Shown here piece by piece: positions 28,539 through 38,177 of a DNA stretch of 64,000 bases. The position numbers were made by a program, and so were the translations under genes. The stretch lies in the sequence record PZ229304.1; one strand, 5' to 3'. The notes below the pieces were generated by a model. It was not told where the DNA came from. It did no database searches and saw only the letters and a program-made list of their open reading frames with translations. Positions within the stretch are counted from its first letter, which is position 1. The number at the start of each line of letters is the position of its first letter. The stretch is from a phage.

Positions 28539-29519
28539 ATGGCAAAGCCACAATACTACCCTGACTGGGCGACACAAACAGTAACCCTCCCAGGAACGGG
28601 AAACACAAACAAAATTAGACCAAAAGAAACCATCCGTAATGTTGGTATGGACTTTGGTCAGATTATGACTTGTGAAGAAATGAACTGGATCTTAAACAAT
28701 ATTGGGTCTTGGATTCGCTATATGCAAGATGAATTCTTCCCAACATTACCTACTACATATCTTCCTATAGTCGGTACTAAAATTACAATGGCAGGTGATG
28801 CTACAGGTGAAGTTACATGGAATGGTAATGCTGCTGTAACATTATCTATTCAAGTCGTAGATAACAGCCATAATCACTTATCAGCTAATATTACAGACGC
28901 AACATCAAACCAAGTTGTAGGGAATGTCCTTGTTAAGCGTGATAATGGTGGTGCTATCTATGCAGGTGATATTTACACTTGTGGTACAGGTGCTACAGAT
29001 CCTGCAACATTATTTTTTAGAAACTATAATGGACAAACAGTAGGCAATATGTCTTCTGAACCAGGTGCAGGTGGTCAACTCTATATTTATAGAATAAATC
29101 CATCTACTGGAGGAACATCTTGTGGAGTTCGTTTGTATGATGCAGGTTATGTTTTAATAGACAATCCTCGTTCTAATTCTGGTCAAGATACTGGCAATGG
29201 TAATGCTCTTGTAAGATTAGATTATCTTAACTCAAGACTAAACTCATTGCAAAGTACACTGCAAAATAATATTAACAACGTTAATAGCAACTTGCAAGGC
29301 CAAATTAATAACATTAACAATAGAGTTTCTTCTGTTGTGTCTTCTATCCGTTTAGGTACACGTATTAAAGCTGGTGTATCTGAATCTCCTTTCTATGCTG
29401 GTCACGTGATCACAGGTTGGGGTTTTGGTGATAAGAAAGAACTTCGTGGTGCTTGGTATTGGTCTGCTCCGCTACAATATTACATTAATGGTAGGTGGAT
29501 AACAGTAACCAACGTTTAG
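28539..29519 (+). CDS. tail fibre protein
   Basis: 326 aa; Asn-rich coiled-coil-like segment (LNSRLNSLQSTLQNNINNVNSNLQGQINNINNRV) typical of fibre shafts. Confidence 0.45.
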   Translation: MAKPQYYPDWATQTVTLPGTGNTNKIRPKETIRNVGMDFGQIMTCEEMNWILNNIGSWIRYMQDEFFPTLPTTYLPIVGTKITMAGDATGEVTWNGNAAVTLSIQVVDNSHNHLSANITDATSNQVVGNVLVKRDNGGAIYAGDIYTCGTGATDPATLFFRNYNGQTVGNMSSEPGAGGQLYIYRINPSTGGTSCGVRLYDAGYVLIDNPRSNSGQDTGNGNALVRLDYLNSRLNSLQSTLQNNINNVNSNLQGQINNINNRVSSVVSSIRLGTRIKAGVSESPFYAGHVITGWGFGDKKELRGAWYWSAPLQYYINGRWITVTNV

Positions 29520-29531
29520 TAAGGAGAACAC

Positions 29532-30083
29532 ATGAAAAAAGATGTTATTTACACTGGCTTTGAACTATATCAACCAGAATTGACAGAAGAAAATGTCATC
29601 TATCTTTCAATAGGTGCTGGTTTTCTTAAAGATAAAGATGGTAATGATTGGTACGAAATTCAGAAATATTTATCCAAAAATTACCCTGATGCCTATTTCT
29701 TAACTCTAGATCACAACAATGTAGTTGTTGCAGCTACGAAAGATGTTTCTACATATTTTCCCGCTGGTCTTACTGTTCTTGTAACATACAATGTTCCAGA
29801 TAAAATAGAAGAAGAAAGCAACCTAGGGTCGTGGAGATATGACAATGGTAAGTTTATTTCTCATAATGGGTTTGCAATAGAAGATGCCAACCTTAAAATG
29901 GAAAAAGAATTAACTTGGGCCACAAATCAAATATCTGCAATTCAAGATTTAGAGGAATTACAAGGTTTATCTGAAGAACAAAAAGATTGGTTAGGAAAAG
30001 TTAAACTCTATCGTGCAACATTAATTCAAATTAACGTTGAAGATGCACCTAATATAACTTGGCCTACAAGACCTAAGAAATAG
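29532..30083 (+). CDS. tail fibre assembly / accessory protein (hypothetical)
   Basis: 183 aa directly downstream of a fibre gene. Confidence 0.3.
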   Translation: MKKDVIYTGFELYQPELTEENVIYLSIGAGFLKDKDGNDWYEIQKYLSKNYPDAYFLTLDHNNVVVAATKDVSTYFPAGLTVLVTYNVPDKIEEESNLGSWRYDNGKFISHNGFAIEDANLKMEKELTWATNQISAIQDLEELQGLSEEQKDWLGKVKLYRATLIQINVEDAPNITWPTRPKK

Positions 30084-30092
30084 GGGCAATGT

Positions 30093-30434
30093 ATGGAGCT
30101 AACAGAAGTATGGGATATCGCTAAAGAGGCGATTATCCCTCTTATTGGCGTAATCTGGGTGGTCTTCAAACAGAAGATAGATGATATGGCAAGTGATTTG
30201 GATAAAATGGAAGACAAATACCGCGAACTAGAAAAGAAGTTGGTGTTTGTTGAATCCACTTATGCTACCAAAGCAGAACTTGCTCAAATGCTTAACCAGA
30301 TCAATTCTACATTAATGGCAAATAATACTGCCTTAGAACAGAAGATTGAAAAAATAATGGATTTAAAAAATGCTCCTGTTCAATTAATGTTAGAGGAGAT
30401 TACGAAGCGCACACAAAGTAAGGACAAAAATTAA
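30093..30434 (+). CDS. small membrane-anchored coiled-coil protein (hypothetical)
   Basis: 113 aa; N-terminal hydrophobic segment IIPLIGVIWVVF then coiled coil. Confidence 0.3.
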   Translation: MELTEVWDIAKEAIIPLIGVIWVVFKQKIDDMASDLDKMEDKYRELEKKLVFVESTYATKAELAQMLNQINSTLMANNTALEQKIEKIMDLKNAPVQLMLEEITKRTQSKDKN

Positions 30435-32848
30435 TGGCGAATTTTCCAACATATCCTGCTACGACACTAGAACAAGGTGTTGATCTGGTTATATTCTCGT
30501 CTAACCAGATGCATGATGTTATTAATGGGGATGCTACAGCAACTGTAGAAACCGAAACAGGTTTAATACCTACACTGCGTAAAGCACTTGTTGATAACTT
30601 CTTCTTTAAGAGTCCTGTTGCTTGGTCAGCAGGATCAACTGAAACTGTATTTAACCAGTTACGTTATTTTGAAAACGGTATCTTGAGTGGGTACTATTAT
30701 GCCCCATCTGCCACTACTGCGAACCCTGTACCTATGCAGGGTACACCTGTAGGAGACAGTAACTGGACTCTGTACGCTCTTAAAACTGAACAGTTAGCTT
30801 CAGATGTGTATCCTTGGTATTTTAAAGGTGCTACAGGATATGAAACAGAAATCAGTCCTCCTTATATCTTTGATAATGCTATTGTCACCATTAACGGTGT
30901 AATTCAGATTCAAGGTGAAGCATTTACTATCAAAGATAGTAAAATTATTCTGGCAGAACCATTAGGTTTAGATCCGTCTACTGGTCTACCTAATAAATTG
31001 TTTGCTTTTATTGGTAAAACAACAGCCTCTACTTCTTACGTAGAGAAAAACCTTTTGTCATCTACCACTGGTGCAGCAATGGTTGGTCTTCCATCTGGAG
31101 GCAACCTGTTACAAGCTCAATACTTTGTAACGCCTGAGCAGTTTGGTGCAATTGGTGATGGAGTTACCGATGATACCCAAGCAATTTTAAAAACCATTAC
31201 TTTCGCTAACACGAATAACATTCAAGTACGTGCAGATAAGAATTATAGATTCACAAGCTCAATTGCTATGTCTGGTATTCGTTGGTATGGTGGTACATTC
31301 ACTGGTAACGGTGGAACAATGATTTCTACTGTGTCCTGTTGGATGGAAAACGTTCGCTTTGAAAAATGTTATGTTAAGATGTTAGGTGGTGATTGCCGAT
31401 TCTATCGTAATATTTTCTCCAACGCAACATCTACAGCAGCATTCTTAATGCAAGCAATGACAAGTGAAGGTACGTTGGACTTCAGTTACAACGAAATGTA
31501 TGGTTGTAAATATGCGATCCTGCAACAAGGTACTGGAGAAGTAATGACCTATGGGCGTTACTCTAACAACTATATTCACGATATCAAAGGTGATGCTATT
31601 GAACTTAACGTAGTTCAAAAACACTACACTGAAGGTTTGATTATCGAGAATAACCACATTGCTAACGTAGATGCTTCTGGACAAGGGGCAAACTGGGGTA
31701 TTGGTATTGGTGTAGCAGGTAGTGGCCCATATGGTGTTGATGTTCCTGATTCACAATATGTACGTAATTTCAGTATCATTGGGAATAGGGTTTACAATTG
31801 CCGTCAATGTTTACACGTTGAAATGGGTAAAAACTTCACAATACGTGATAATGAAGTTTATCCTAACACAGCAGTTTCAACAGGTACAGGTTTAACTACT
31901 TGTGGTGTTGCATTATACGGATGCCAAGATTTTGAAGTTGATGGTTTAACTGGTTATCTGCTTAATGATCCATCTGTTTCAACACGCATGGTCTTTATTG
32001 ACTGGGGTGTTAACAGCGGAAGATATGCGGGGCCACCAATTAACTTTACAATTAAGAATTTGGATATTCCAGAATCTTCAATTGAGATTGCAACGGCTGG
32101 ATCAGATGCTTGGGAAAACTCTACAATTGTTAGTAATATCAATTGTAATGTTTTTAAATGGCGTGGGCTACCATCTAGCTCTACCTTTAATAATATTCGT
32201 TGCCGTAGTATTGACTTTATTGGTCAACACGGAAGCGGAGAAGGAAGTGGTGGCGGTTTCTATACTCGCAGCCAATTCACGTATATGAAGTGGGTAGGAT
32301 GTACAGCACTTAGCGGAGATGAAACAACAGTTTCTTTTGCTAAAATCTACACTGATCGTTGCGATCAGGTTGGAAATAACTTTGGTGTTCCAACTGCTGT
32401 TGATGGTACAGGTCATCGTGGGCCAGTTTTAACTACTATTTCTGAACAATATTTTACAACTTATGATGAATTCCCAGGTGGGCGTGAATTCCCTACTGGA
32501 ACAGTTATTCATTGTGCAAGCGGTAAAAAACATGTTGTTACAGTAGGTGGTGCTTTCTTTAGTGCCAACGAGAAAATAAAAGCAACTGTTACAGGTCAAA
32601 CCTATCTACAGTCTAATGCTTTAAACTGGGCTAGTAATGGCTACGCTAAAGCAGCAGGTACTAAGATTGTTATTCCAGGTGCAGGTGCAAATGGCGGCGA
32701 TCTTGTGACAACTATAGCACGTGCTACATATGTGACAAATAGTTTGTACACAATAGATATTGCAGATCCAATTGTAACACCTACAGCAGAGAATACACAA
32801 ATTAAAGCTCTGAATCCTGTTACTTTTGTTACTGTCAACAATGCTTAA
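30434..32848 (+). CDS. tailspike protein with pectate-lyase/right-handed beta-helix domain (putative depolymerase)
   Basis: 804 aa; FVTPEQFGAIGDGVTDDTQAILKTITFAN is the classic pectate-lyase-type motif; Asn/Gly-rich beta-helix repeats. Confidence 0.65.
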   Translation: MANFPTYPATTLEQGVDLVIFSSNQMHDVINGDATATVETETGLIPTLRKALVDNFFFKSPVAWSAGSTETVFNQLRYFENGILSGYYYAPSATTANPVPMQGTPVGDSNWTLYALKTEQLASDVYPWYFKGATGYETEISPPYIFDNAIVTINGVIQIQGEAFTIKDSKIILAEPLGLDPSTGLPNKLFAFIGKTTASTSYVEKNLLSSTTGAAMVGLPSGGNLLQAQYFVTPEQFGAIGDGVTDDTQAILKTITFANTNNIQVRADKNYRFTSSIAMSGIRWYGGTFTGNGGTMISTVSCWMENVRFEKCYVKMLGGDCRFYRNIFSNATSTAAFLMQAMTSEGTLDFSYNEMYGCKYAILQQGTGEVMTYGRYSNNYIHDIKGDAIELNVVQKHYTEGLIIENNHIANVDASGQGANWGIGIGVAGSGPYGVDVPDSQYVRNFSIIGNRVYNCRQCLHVEMGKNFTIRDNEVYPNTAVSTGTGLTTCGVALYGCQDFEVDGLTGYLLNDPSVSTRMVFIDWGVNSGRYAGPPINFTIKNLDIPESSIEIATAGSDAWENSTIVSNINCNVFKWRGLPSSSTFNNIRCRSIDFIGQHGSGEGSGGGFYTRSQFTYMKWVGCTALSGDETTVSFAKIYTDRCDQVGNNFGVPTAVDGTGHRGPVLTTISEQYFTTYDEFPGGREFPTGTVIHCASGKKHVVTVGGAFFSANEKIKATVTGQTYLQSNALNWASNGYAKAAGTKIVIPGAGANGGDLVTTIARATYVTNSLYTIDIADPIVTPTAENTQIKALNPVTFVTVNNA

Positions 32849-32852
32849 TTAA

Positions 32853-32870
32853 AAAGGGGCGAAAGCCCCT
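32853..32870 (+). terminator. hairpin terminator after tailspike gene
   Basis: AAGGGGC-GAAA-GCCCCTT followed by TATAAAA. Confidence 0.45.
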
Positions 32871-32889
32871 TTATAAAAGGAGTAGTAAA

Positions 32890-34851
32890 GTGATTTTAAC
32901 ACGTCCAAATAGTGCCATTGCAGACATGGTAGAGTCTCGCTATAGAAAGCGTAGAAGTTTTGCAAGTGGTTTTACCTTAAGAGATGCTCGTGAAGCATTG
33001 CTCTTTGAAACTGACGGTAACTACTATCAGTGGAAAGGTTCTCTACCTAAAGTTGTACCTGCTAACTCTACTCCTACATCTACTGGAGGGATTTCAGATA
33101 CAGCTTGGAAAAATGTGGGTAATGCAGATGACATTGCTCAAATAGAATCAGAATTAGATGCTATTGAAGCTGAAATTGAAGATCTTAGAGAATCCATACC
33201 AGAAGCTGGTAAATCAGCTTACCAGATTGCCGTAGACAATGGTTTCCAAGGTACTGAGACACAGTGGTTGGCTTCTTTAAAAGGTGATCCAGGTGCTCCA
33301 TTAAAGCTACTAGGGACGCTATCTAATACCAACCAATTACCTACAACTGGAAACAATGCAGGGGATGCATGGATTGTAGGCGAGAATATGTATGCTTGGG
33401 ATGGTACTGCTTGGAGAAAAGTAAACTCACAGGGGCCAGAAGGTAAATCAGCTTATCAAGTTTGGCTTGCAGCAGGAAACCAAGGTACAGAACTAGACTA
33501 TCTTGCTGCGATTAAAGGTGATAAAGGGGAGCCTGGCCCAGAGGGGCCACAAGGTGTGCCAGGTAACAATGCTAATGGTTTTGATTACCAAGGTGCAGCT
33601 AATTCCGTTTCAGATCTTCCTTCTGCATCTCATGGAAACACATCTCAAGCATGGAGTGTTGGTACATATCTATACGTGTCAAACGGTGTAGAATGGATCA
33701 ATATGGGCGCTATAGTGGGGCCAAAAGGAGATAAAGGCGACAAAGGAGATAAGGGTAACACTGGTGATTCAGCTTATCAAGTTTGGTTAAATGCTGGTAA
33801 CGTTGGTACTATTGACGAATATATTGCCTCTCTGAAAGGAGAAAAAGGTGATAAGGGAGACAAGGGTGATCAAGGTGCGCAGGGTATACAAGGCTTGACG
33901 GGGCCAACTGGTGCAGGGTTGACCATTATTGACATTCTGACTAGCACTTCTGAACTGCCACAAACTGGGGAAGATGGTGATGGTTATCTGATCAATAGTG
34001 AACTTTGGGTCTGGTTGCAAGGAGCCACAGAGTGGACAAATGTTGGTCGTTTAGCTGGTACTCCAATCACTGCAAAAGGACACGTTGCGTCTGCAAGTGC
34101 GCTTCCTCCTACAGCCAATTACGGTGATGCTTATCTGACGGAAGATACAGGTCATCTTTACATTTACACCTATAATGAACAAACTCAAACTGCTGAATAT
34201 GTAGATATGGGTAGTTTGAAAGGTGATAAGGGTGAAAAAGGTGACGCTGGTACTAACGGTACAGACGGTGCAACTTGGATTGTTAAAACAACAGATCCAA
34301 TCTCTAGTGATGGTAAACAAGGTGATTATGCCTTTAATATCTCCACTGGCGAGGTGTTCTTAAAAACATCTGCAACTGTCTGGACTTCTCAAGGTACACT
34401 ACCTAGCATCACAGATGCACCTAGTGATGGTAAGACTTATGCTCGTAAAGATGGAGCATGGGAAGAACTCACTAGTTCTGTAGATGGTCAAGATATAGTT
34501 CCAACAAAAGTAACAACTAATTTTATAGAGGTTACAGCATATACCAACGATTCTGTTACAGGGGACTGGACACCTCCAGGAACACATAACATGAATGTGT
34601 TGAATCTTACTGGTAACTCTACTATAAAAGCATGGCCTGGTGTCGAAGATAGCACAAAACCTAAACCATTCTCTGCAATAGTTTATCTTATCCAAGATGC
34701 CACTGGAGGTCGTACTGTTACTTTAGATCCATCTTATAAAGTAATTGGTTCTAGTGATATTAATACAGATCCTAACGGAGTAACAATACTACAACTAACA
34801 TATTGTGGTGTTGGCAATTACGTGGATGCTATTGTTGCTAAACGCACATAA
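32890..34851 (+). CDS. tail fibre protein with collagen-like and phage-fibre repeats
   Basis: 653 aa; three copies of the SAYQ.AV..GFQGTE..WLASLKG repeat; collagen-like GDKGDKGDKG tracts; four copies of an LP.TG..GDAY...W.W.G..W..VG motif. Confidence 0.65.
   Translation: MILTRPNSAIADMVESRYRKRRSFASGFTLRDAREALLFETDGNYYQWKGSLPKVVPANSTPTSTGGISDTAWKNVGNADDIAQIESELDAIEAEIEDLRESIPEAGKSAYQIAVDNGFQGTETQWLASLKGDPGAPLKLLGTLSNTNQLPTTGNNAGDAWIVGENMYAWDGTAWRKVNSQGPEGKSAYQVWLAAGNQGTELDYLAAIKGDKGEPGPEGPQGVPGNNANGFDYQGAANSVSDLPSASHGNTSQAWSVGTYLYVSNGVEWINMGAIVGPKGDKGDKGDKGNTGDSAYQVWLNAGNVGTIDEYIASLKGEKGDKGDKGDQGAQGIQGLTGPTGAGLTIIDILTSTSELPQTGEDGDGYLINSELWVWLQGATEWTNVGRLAGTPITAKGHVASASALPPTANYGDAYLTEDTGHLYIYTYNEQTQTAEYVDMGSLKGDKGEKGDAGTNGTDGATWIVKTTDPISSDGKQGDYAFNISTGEVFLKTSATVWTSQGTLPSITDAPSDGKTYARKDGAWEELTSSVDGQDIVPTKVTTNFIEVTAYTNDSVTGDWTPPGTHNMNVLNLTGNSTIKAWPGVEDSTKPKPFSAIVYLIQDATGGRTVTLDPSYKVIGSSDINTDPNGVTILQLTYCGVGNYVDAIVAKRT
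33208..33850 (+). repeat. tandem coding repeats (phage tail fibre repeat interleaved with collagen-like Gly-X-Y triplets)
   Basis: Three DNA-level copies at about 33208-33296, 33441-33528 and 33763-33850; copies 2 and 3 share the identical core TCAGCTTATCAAGTTTGG. Confidence 0.6.
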
Positions 34852-34854
34852 TCA

Positions 34855-34872
34855 AAGCCCCTTCGGGGGCTT
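34855..34872 (+). terminator. hairpin terminator after fibre gene
   Basis: AAGCCCC-TTCG-GGGGCTT followed by ATTATTT. Confidence 0.45.
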
Positions 34873-34890
34873 ATTATTTAAGGAGATTAA

Positions 34891-37710
34891 ATGTATCCTA
34901 TTCCTTTATTTATGTCAACAACATCAGCTTCAGTAGTAACAGCTACATCTATAACCACTTCCTCTATTGGTATTGCAATAGTTGGTAGTAAAAAGCAACT
35001 GACATACACAGTTTCACCGGAAGATGGTGCGTTATTTGATATAGATTTTTCATCTTCAGATAATACCAAAATGGTTATAGATAATAATGGTATGATGGAG
35101 TTTGTTGCTGAAGGTGGTTTTGATGCAATAATGACAGCTAAAAATAATTTAGGTGCTGTCTTAACTGATCAATCTGGTGGTTATGCTTCAGAATTAAGTG
35201 TGTACACTGAAAGTCTATCTGCTATGGATGTAGGCACTACTCAACAGTTGGTTGCTACAATCAGTCCAGAAGGTGCTAAAGACCTTCCAGATATGGTAAT
35301 TACGTACACCACAACAGATCCAGAAGTGGCTACTGTAAGCCCTACAGGATTAATAACTGCTCTTAAAGATGGTAATTGCCGTATAGGTTGTACTGCAACG
35401 TATCAAGGAACAGTTGTGGCCTCTGATAGTTCTTATTTAGGTGTTAATGCTATTCCTGTTATTTCTAATGTAACAGCCGTGGCAAACAGCTATGGAGACG
35501 TTCGTGTTGCTTGGGATGTAGCTGATCCGCTAGATGGTGATACTTATACTGTAGAAGTATTAGATTTAAGTAATAATAGTGTTCAGTGGACTACAACAAC
35601 CACGAATACTCATGCTTACTTTGATATCTCTGACTCTATTCCTCTTTATGGGTTTGCTCCAACATACCTTAAAATTAGCGTTAAGAGCACCAAAGCAGCA
35701 GCCGTTATCTTTAATAACTCAATAGCTACAGATGATTCATTCATTAAAGAAGTTATTGTCTTTGCTGGACAAGATAACGTAAATGCACACTTTACAGAAC
35801 TATCTGGTGCAAATAAAGCAGCAATGAGTAGCACAACAGCCCGTAATGCATATGCTACGCAACGTGGTTTAGCAAATGCTGAAGTTCTTCCGTTAAATAC
35901 AGCTTCTGGATCATCAGCAGCAGATAAATATGCTGACGATAAAGCTGGAACAGGAACACCAGACAACTACTGGTATGATCTGGATAACACAGCAGATGGG
36001 CCATGCTTAACTAACTTTATCACTAAAGTCACACCTTATGCAAGTAAGGTTAAAGCCATTATTTGGGGACAAGGTGAAAATGATGCTGTATCAGCATCTT
36101 CAACTGTTGCAGGTAGATACAGTAACACTACACGTTACCATGATGCTACGATAGCTATCTTTGATAAGATGCGTACAATAGTTCCTGCTTCTCAAGCAAA
36201 AATTGTTTGGCAGATCCTAGGACGTTCTTATTTATATGGTGTAGAAGTCAATGGTGTGGATTGGCAGAAATACAGAAATGTACAAAGAGCCATCTCTACG
36301 GCACGTGATGATGTTATCATTGGTTCTTGGGTAGATGGTGCTGAACGTTACAGTGGTTACGTTTATGAAGAAGGTATTGATGGTCGTATCCATTATATTT
36401 CTTCTGTATACCAGACAGCAGCTACAAAACTTGCTAAATCAGCAGCAGACGGTACAGACCTAACATCAACGTCACCTGTTTGGGTTGATATGGCTGTTCC
36501 AACTGGAGCAACAGCTACTTCCCAACCTAATCAAGATACAATTTTAGCATGGGATGCTCAAGGCTATAGTAAACACTACTTCCGTAATATTAACGTCTTA
36601 ACCGCATCTGTATTAACTGAACAAACGCTTAATACGAACAGTTATACGTTTACCTATGCAGATCAAGTAGCACAATATGGTTTTGCAGCAGGAACTACTA
36701 TATTTGATGTTGCATATTATGACGAAGCAAATGATGTGTTATCTCCTTTAGTACGTTTTAATGTTAACGTTACAGCAGGAACCGAAGAAGATAAACCTGT
36801 CGTGATGGACTATGATTTGACGCAAGAAACTCTCCCATCAGATGTTAAGGTTAATGGTGGGAACTCTTTTGCTCGTGCTTCTGGAGATAAACTTGTAGCC
36901 ACTAACACCTTGGTTGCTCCGTTGGAGTATGTTGGTACTACCCCTGTAGGTAGACGTGTAACAGCTAACACAGCTACACAAATTTTTGTCAACAACGCCT
37001 TAACAAGTGCAAGCCCGTGGGTAAAGACCAACTTAACTGTTGCAGCTTCATCTGATAACTCTCCGGCTGGAACTACTGCTAATGTATTCAAATTAACTCC
37101 GACTACAACCTCTGGTAGTCATATCTTAACTGCAACATATACTAACGCGTACAACATAAATGCCGGACGTAACTGGTCTGCCTCTGTTTTCTTGAAAGCG
37201 AACGGGATTACTAAGGCTAAACTAAGATTAAAAGCAGGAACTGAAGTTAATGAGGGTACTTTTGATTTAGCAGCAGGTACATTCACAGGAAGTGAAGCTA
37301 ATATTATATCTATGGGCAACGGTTGGTATCGTGCTATTCTGCATAAAACAGGGATAGCCAAACAGTCCTTCATAAGTTTTGAAATAATTGCCTTGGATGC
37401 AACTGGTGCAGAGATTTTCGCTGGAAATGGTACTAGTAACCTTGCAGTTTGGTTGCCACAGCTTGAAGGTGCTTCTACAGGAGAAACATCAAAAGCTGGA
37501 TCGCCTTATGTCTGCACATATCCTGGAAATTTAGGAGGAGTATCCTTCACTATACCAAGGAACGGACATACTGGTGTGGATGTTTACTATTCCAACGGAG
37601 ACGTTGTTCGTGACGTATTCTCTGGTACGGCATCTACTTGGACAATAAACTACTCCAGCTTGTACGATTGGGGATCAGTCTTTATTACAGGTTTGAAATA
37701 TTACGACTAA
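34891..37710 (+). CDS. tail fibre protein with Ig-like (BIG2-type) domain and possible SASA/SGNH-like esterase domain
   Basis: 939 aa; BIG2-like segment (VGTTQQLVATISPEG...TYTTTDPEVATVSPTGLITALKDGNCRIGCTA); VIVFAGQDNVNAHF resembles the GQSN motif of sialate-O-acetylesterase-like domains; last gene of the plus-strand block. Confidence 0.45.
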   Translation: MYPIPLFMSTTSASVVTATSITTSSIGIAIVGSKKQLTYTVSPEDGALFDIDFSSSDNTKMVIDNNGMMEFVAEGGFDAIMTAKNNLGAVLTDQSGGYASELSVYTESLSAMDVGTTQQLVATISPEGAKDLPDMVITYTTTDPEVATVSPTGLITALKDGNCRIGCTATYQGTVVASDSSYLGVNAIPVISNVTAVANSYGDVRVAWDVADPLDGDTYTVEVLDLSNNSVQWTTTTTNTHAYFDISDSIPLYGFAPTYLKISVKSTKAAAVIFNNSIATDDSFIKEVIVFAGQDNVNAHFTELSGANKAAMSSTTARNAYATQRGLANAEVLPLNTASGSSAADKYADDKAGTGTPDNYWYDLDNTADGPCLTNFITKVTPYASKVKAIIWGQGENDAVSASSTVAGRYSNTTRYHDATIAIFDKMRTIVPASQAKIVWQILGRSYLYGVEVNGVDWQKYRNVQRAISTARDDVIIGSWVDGAERYSGYVYEEGIDGRIHYISSVYQTAATKLAKSAADGTDLTSTSPVWVDMAVPTGATATSQPNQDTILAWDAQGYSKHYFRNINVLTASVLTEQTLNTNSYTFTYADQVAQYGFAAGTTIFDVAYYDEANDVLSPLVRFNVNVTAGTEEDKPVVMDYDLTQETLPSDVKVNGGNSFARASGDKLVATNTLVAPLEYVGTTPVGRRVTANTATQIFVNNALTSASPWVKTNLTVAASSDNSPAGTTANVFKLTPTTTSGSHILTATYTNAYNINAGRNWSASVFLKANGITKAKLRLKAGTEVNEGTFDLAAGTFTGSEANIISMGNGWYRAILHKTGIAKQSFISFEIIALDATGAEIFAGNGTSNLAVWLPQLEGASTGETSKAGSPYVCTYPGNLGGVSFTIPRNGHTGVDVYYSNGDVVRDVFSGTASTWTINYSSLYDWGSVFITGLKYYD

Positions 37711-37715
37711 TAAAA

Positions 37716-37739
37716 AAGGAGCCATTAGGCTCCTTTTCT
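37716..37739. terminator. bidirectional terminator between convergent late (+) and replication (-) blocks
   Basis: AAGGAGCC-ATTA-GGCTCCTT hairpin flanked by an A-run upstream and a T-run downstream. Confidence 0.6.
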
Positions 37740-37745
37740 TTTATC

Positions 37746-38177
37746 TTAATCAGTGAAAATTACGCTTACATCTTCTTTAGAAAAGAGTTTATGATCTTCA
37801 CCTTTTGTCTCAAGAGTTTCATACAGGTTAAGAAGTTCTGAAACATCTTTCTCTACCAGTTTCTTCAATGTTGCAATTTTCTGTTTGCGATTCTTAATAC
37901 GTTCAGCTACAACCTTACGTTGGTATCCAGCAGTACGATAACCTGAGAAAGTTACACCAGTGAGACTTGCAGTTACAGGATCGTAATGACGTTCAATCTG
38001 AAATTTATTAAAAGGTACAGCGTCATCACGAATAATCTTCCCGCCATTACTTACTTGACGAAGACCAGTAACTTGTTCTAGTCGTGCCATAGAAATCTTT
38101 GGAGACAGACCAGAGTCCAAGTTCATACCATTGTTAATCAGTGCTTTCAGGGTGATTTTGCTGTTCAGTGTACTCAT
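37746..38177 (-). CDS. hypothetical protein
   Basis: 143-aa ORF; an internal Met at 38126 would avoid overlap with the methyltransferase gene. Confidence 0.3.
   Translation of the reverse strand: MSTLNSKITLKALINNGMNLDSGLSPKISMARLEQVTGLRQVSNGGKIIRDDAVPFNKFQIERHYDPVTASLTGVTFSGYRTAGYQRKVVAERIKNRKQKIATLKKLVEKDVSELLNLYETLETKGEDHKLFSKEDVSVIFTD

Noticed and set aside
33720-33920. Short tandem nucleotide repeats that could be mistaken for a CRISPR-like or minisatellite array
   Set aside because: They encode Gly-X-Y collagen-like triplets in frame within a tail fibre gene; there are no spacer-repeat units or cas genes.
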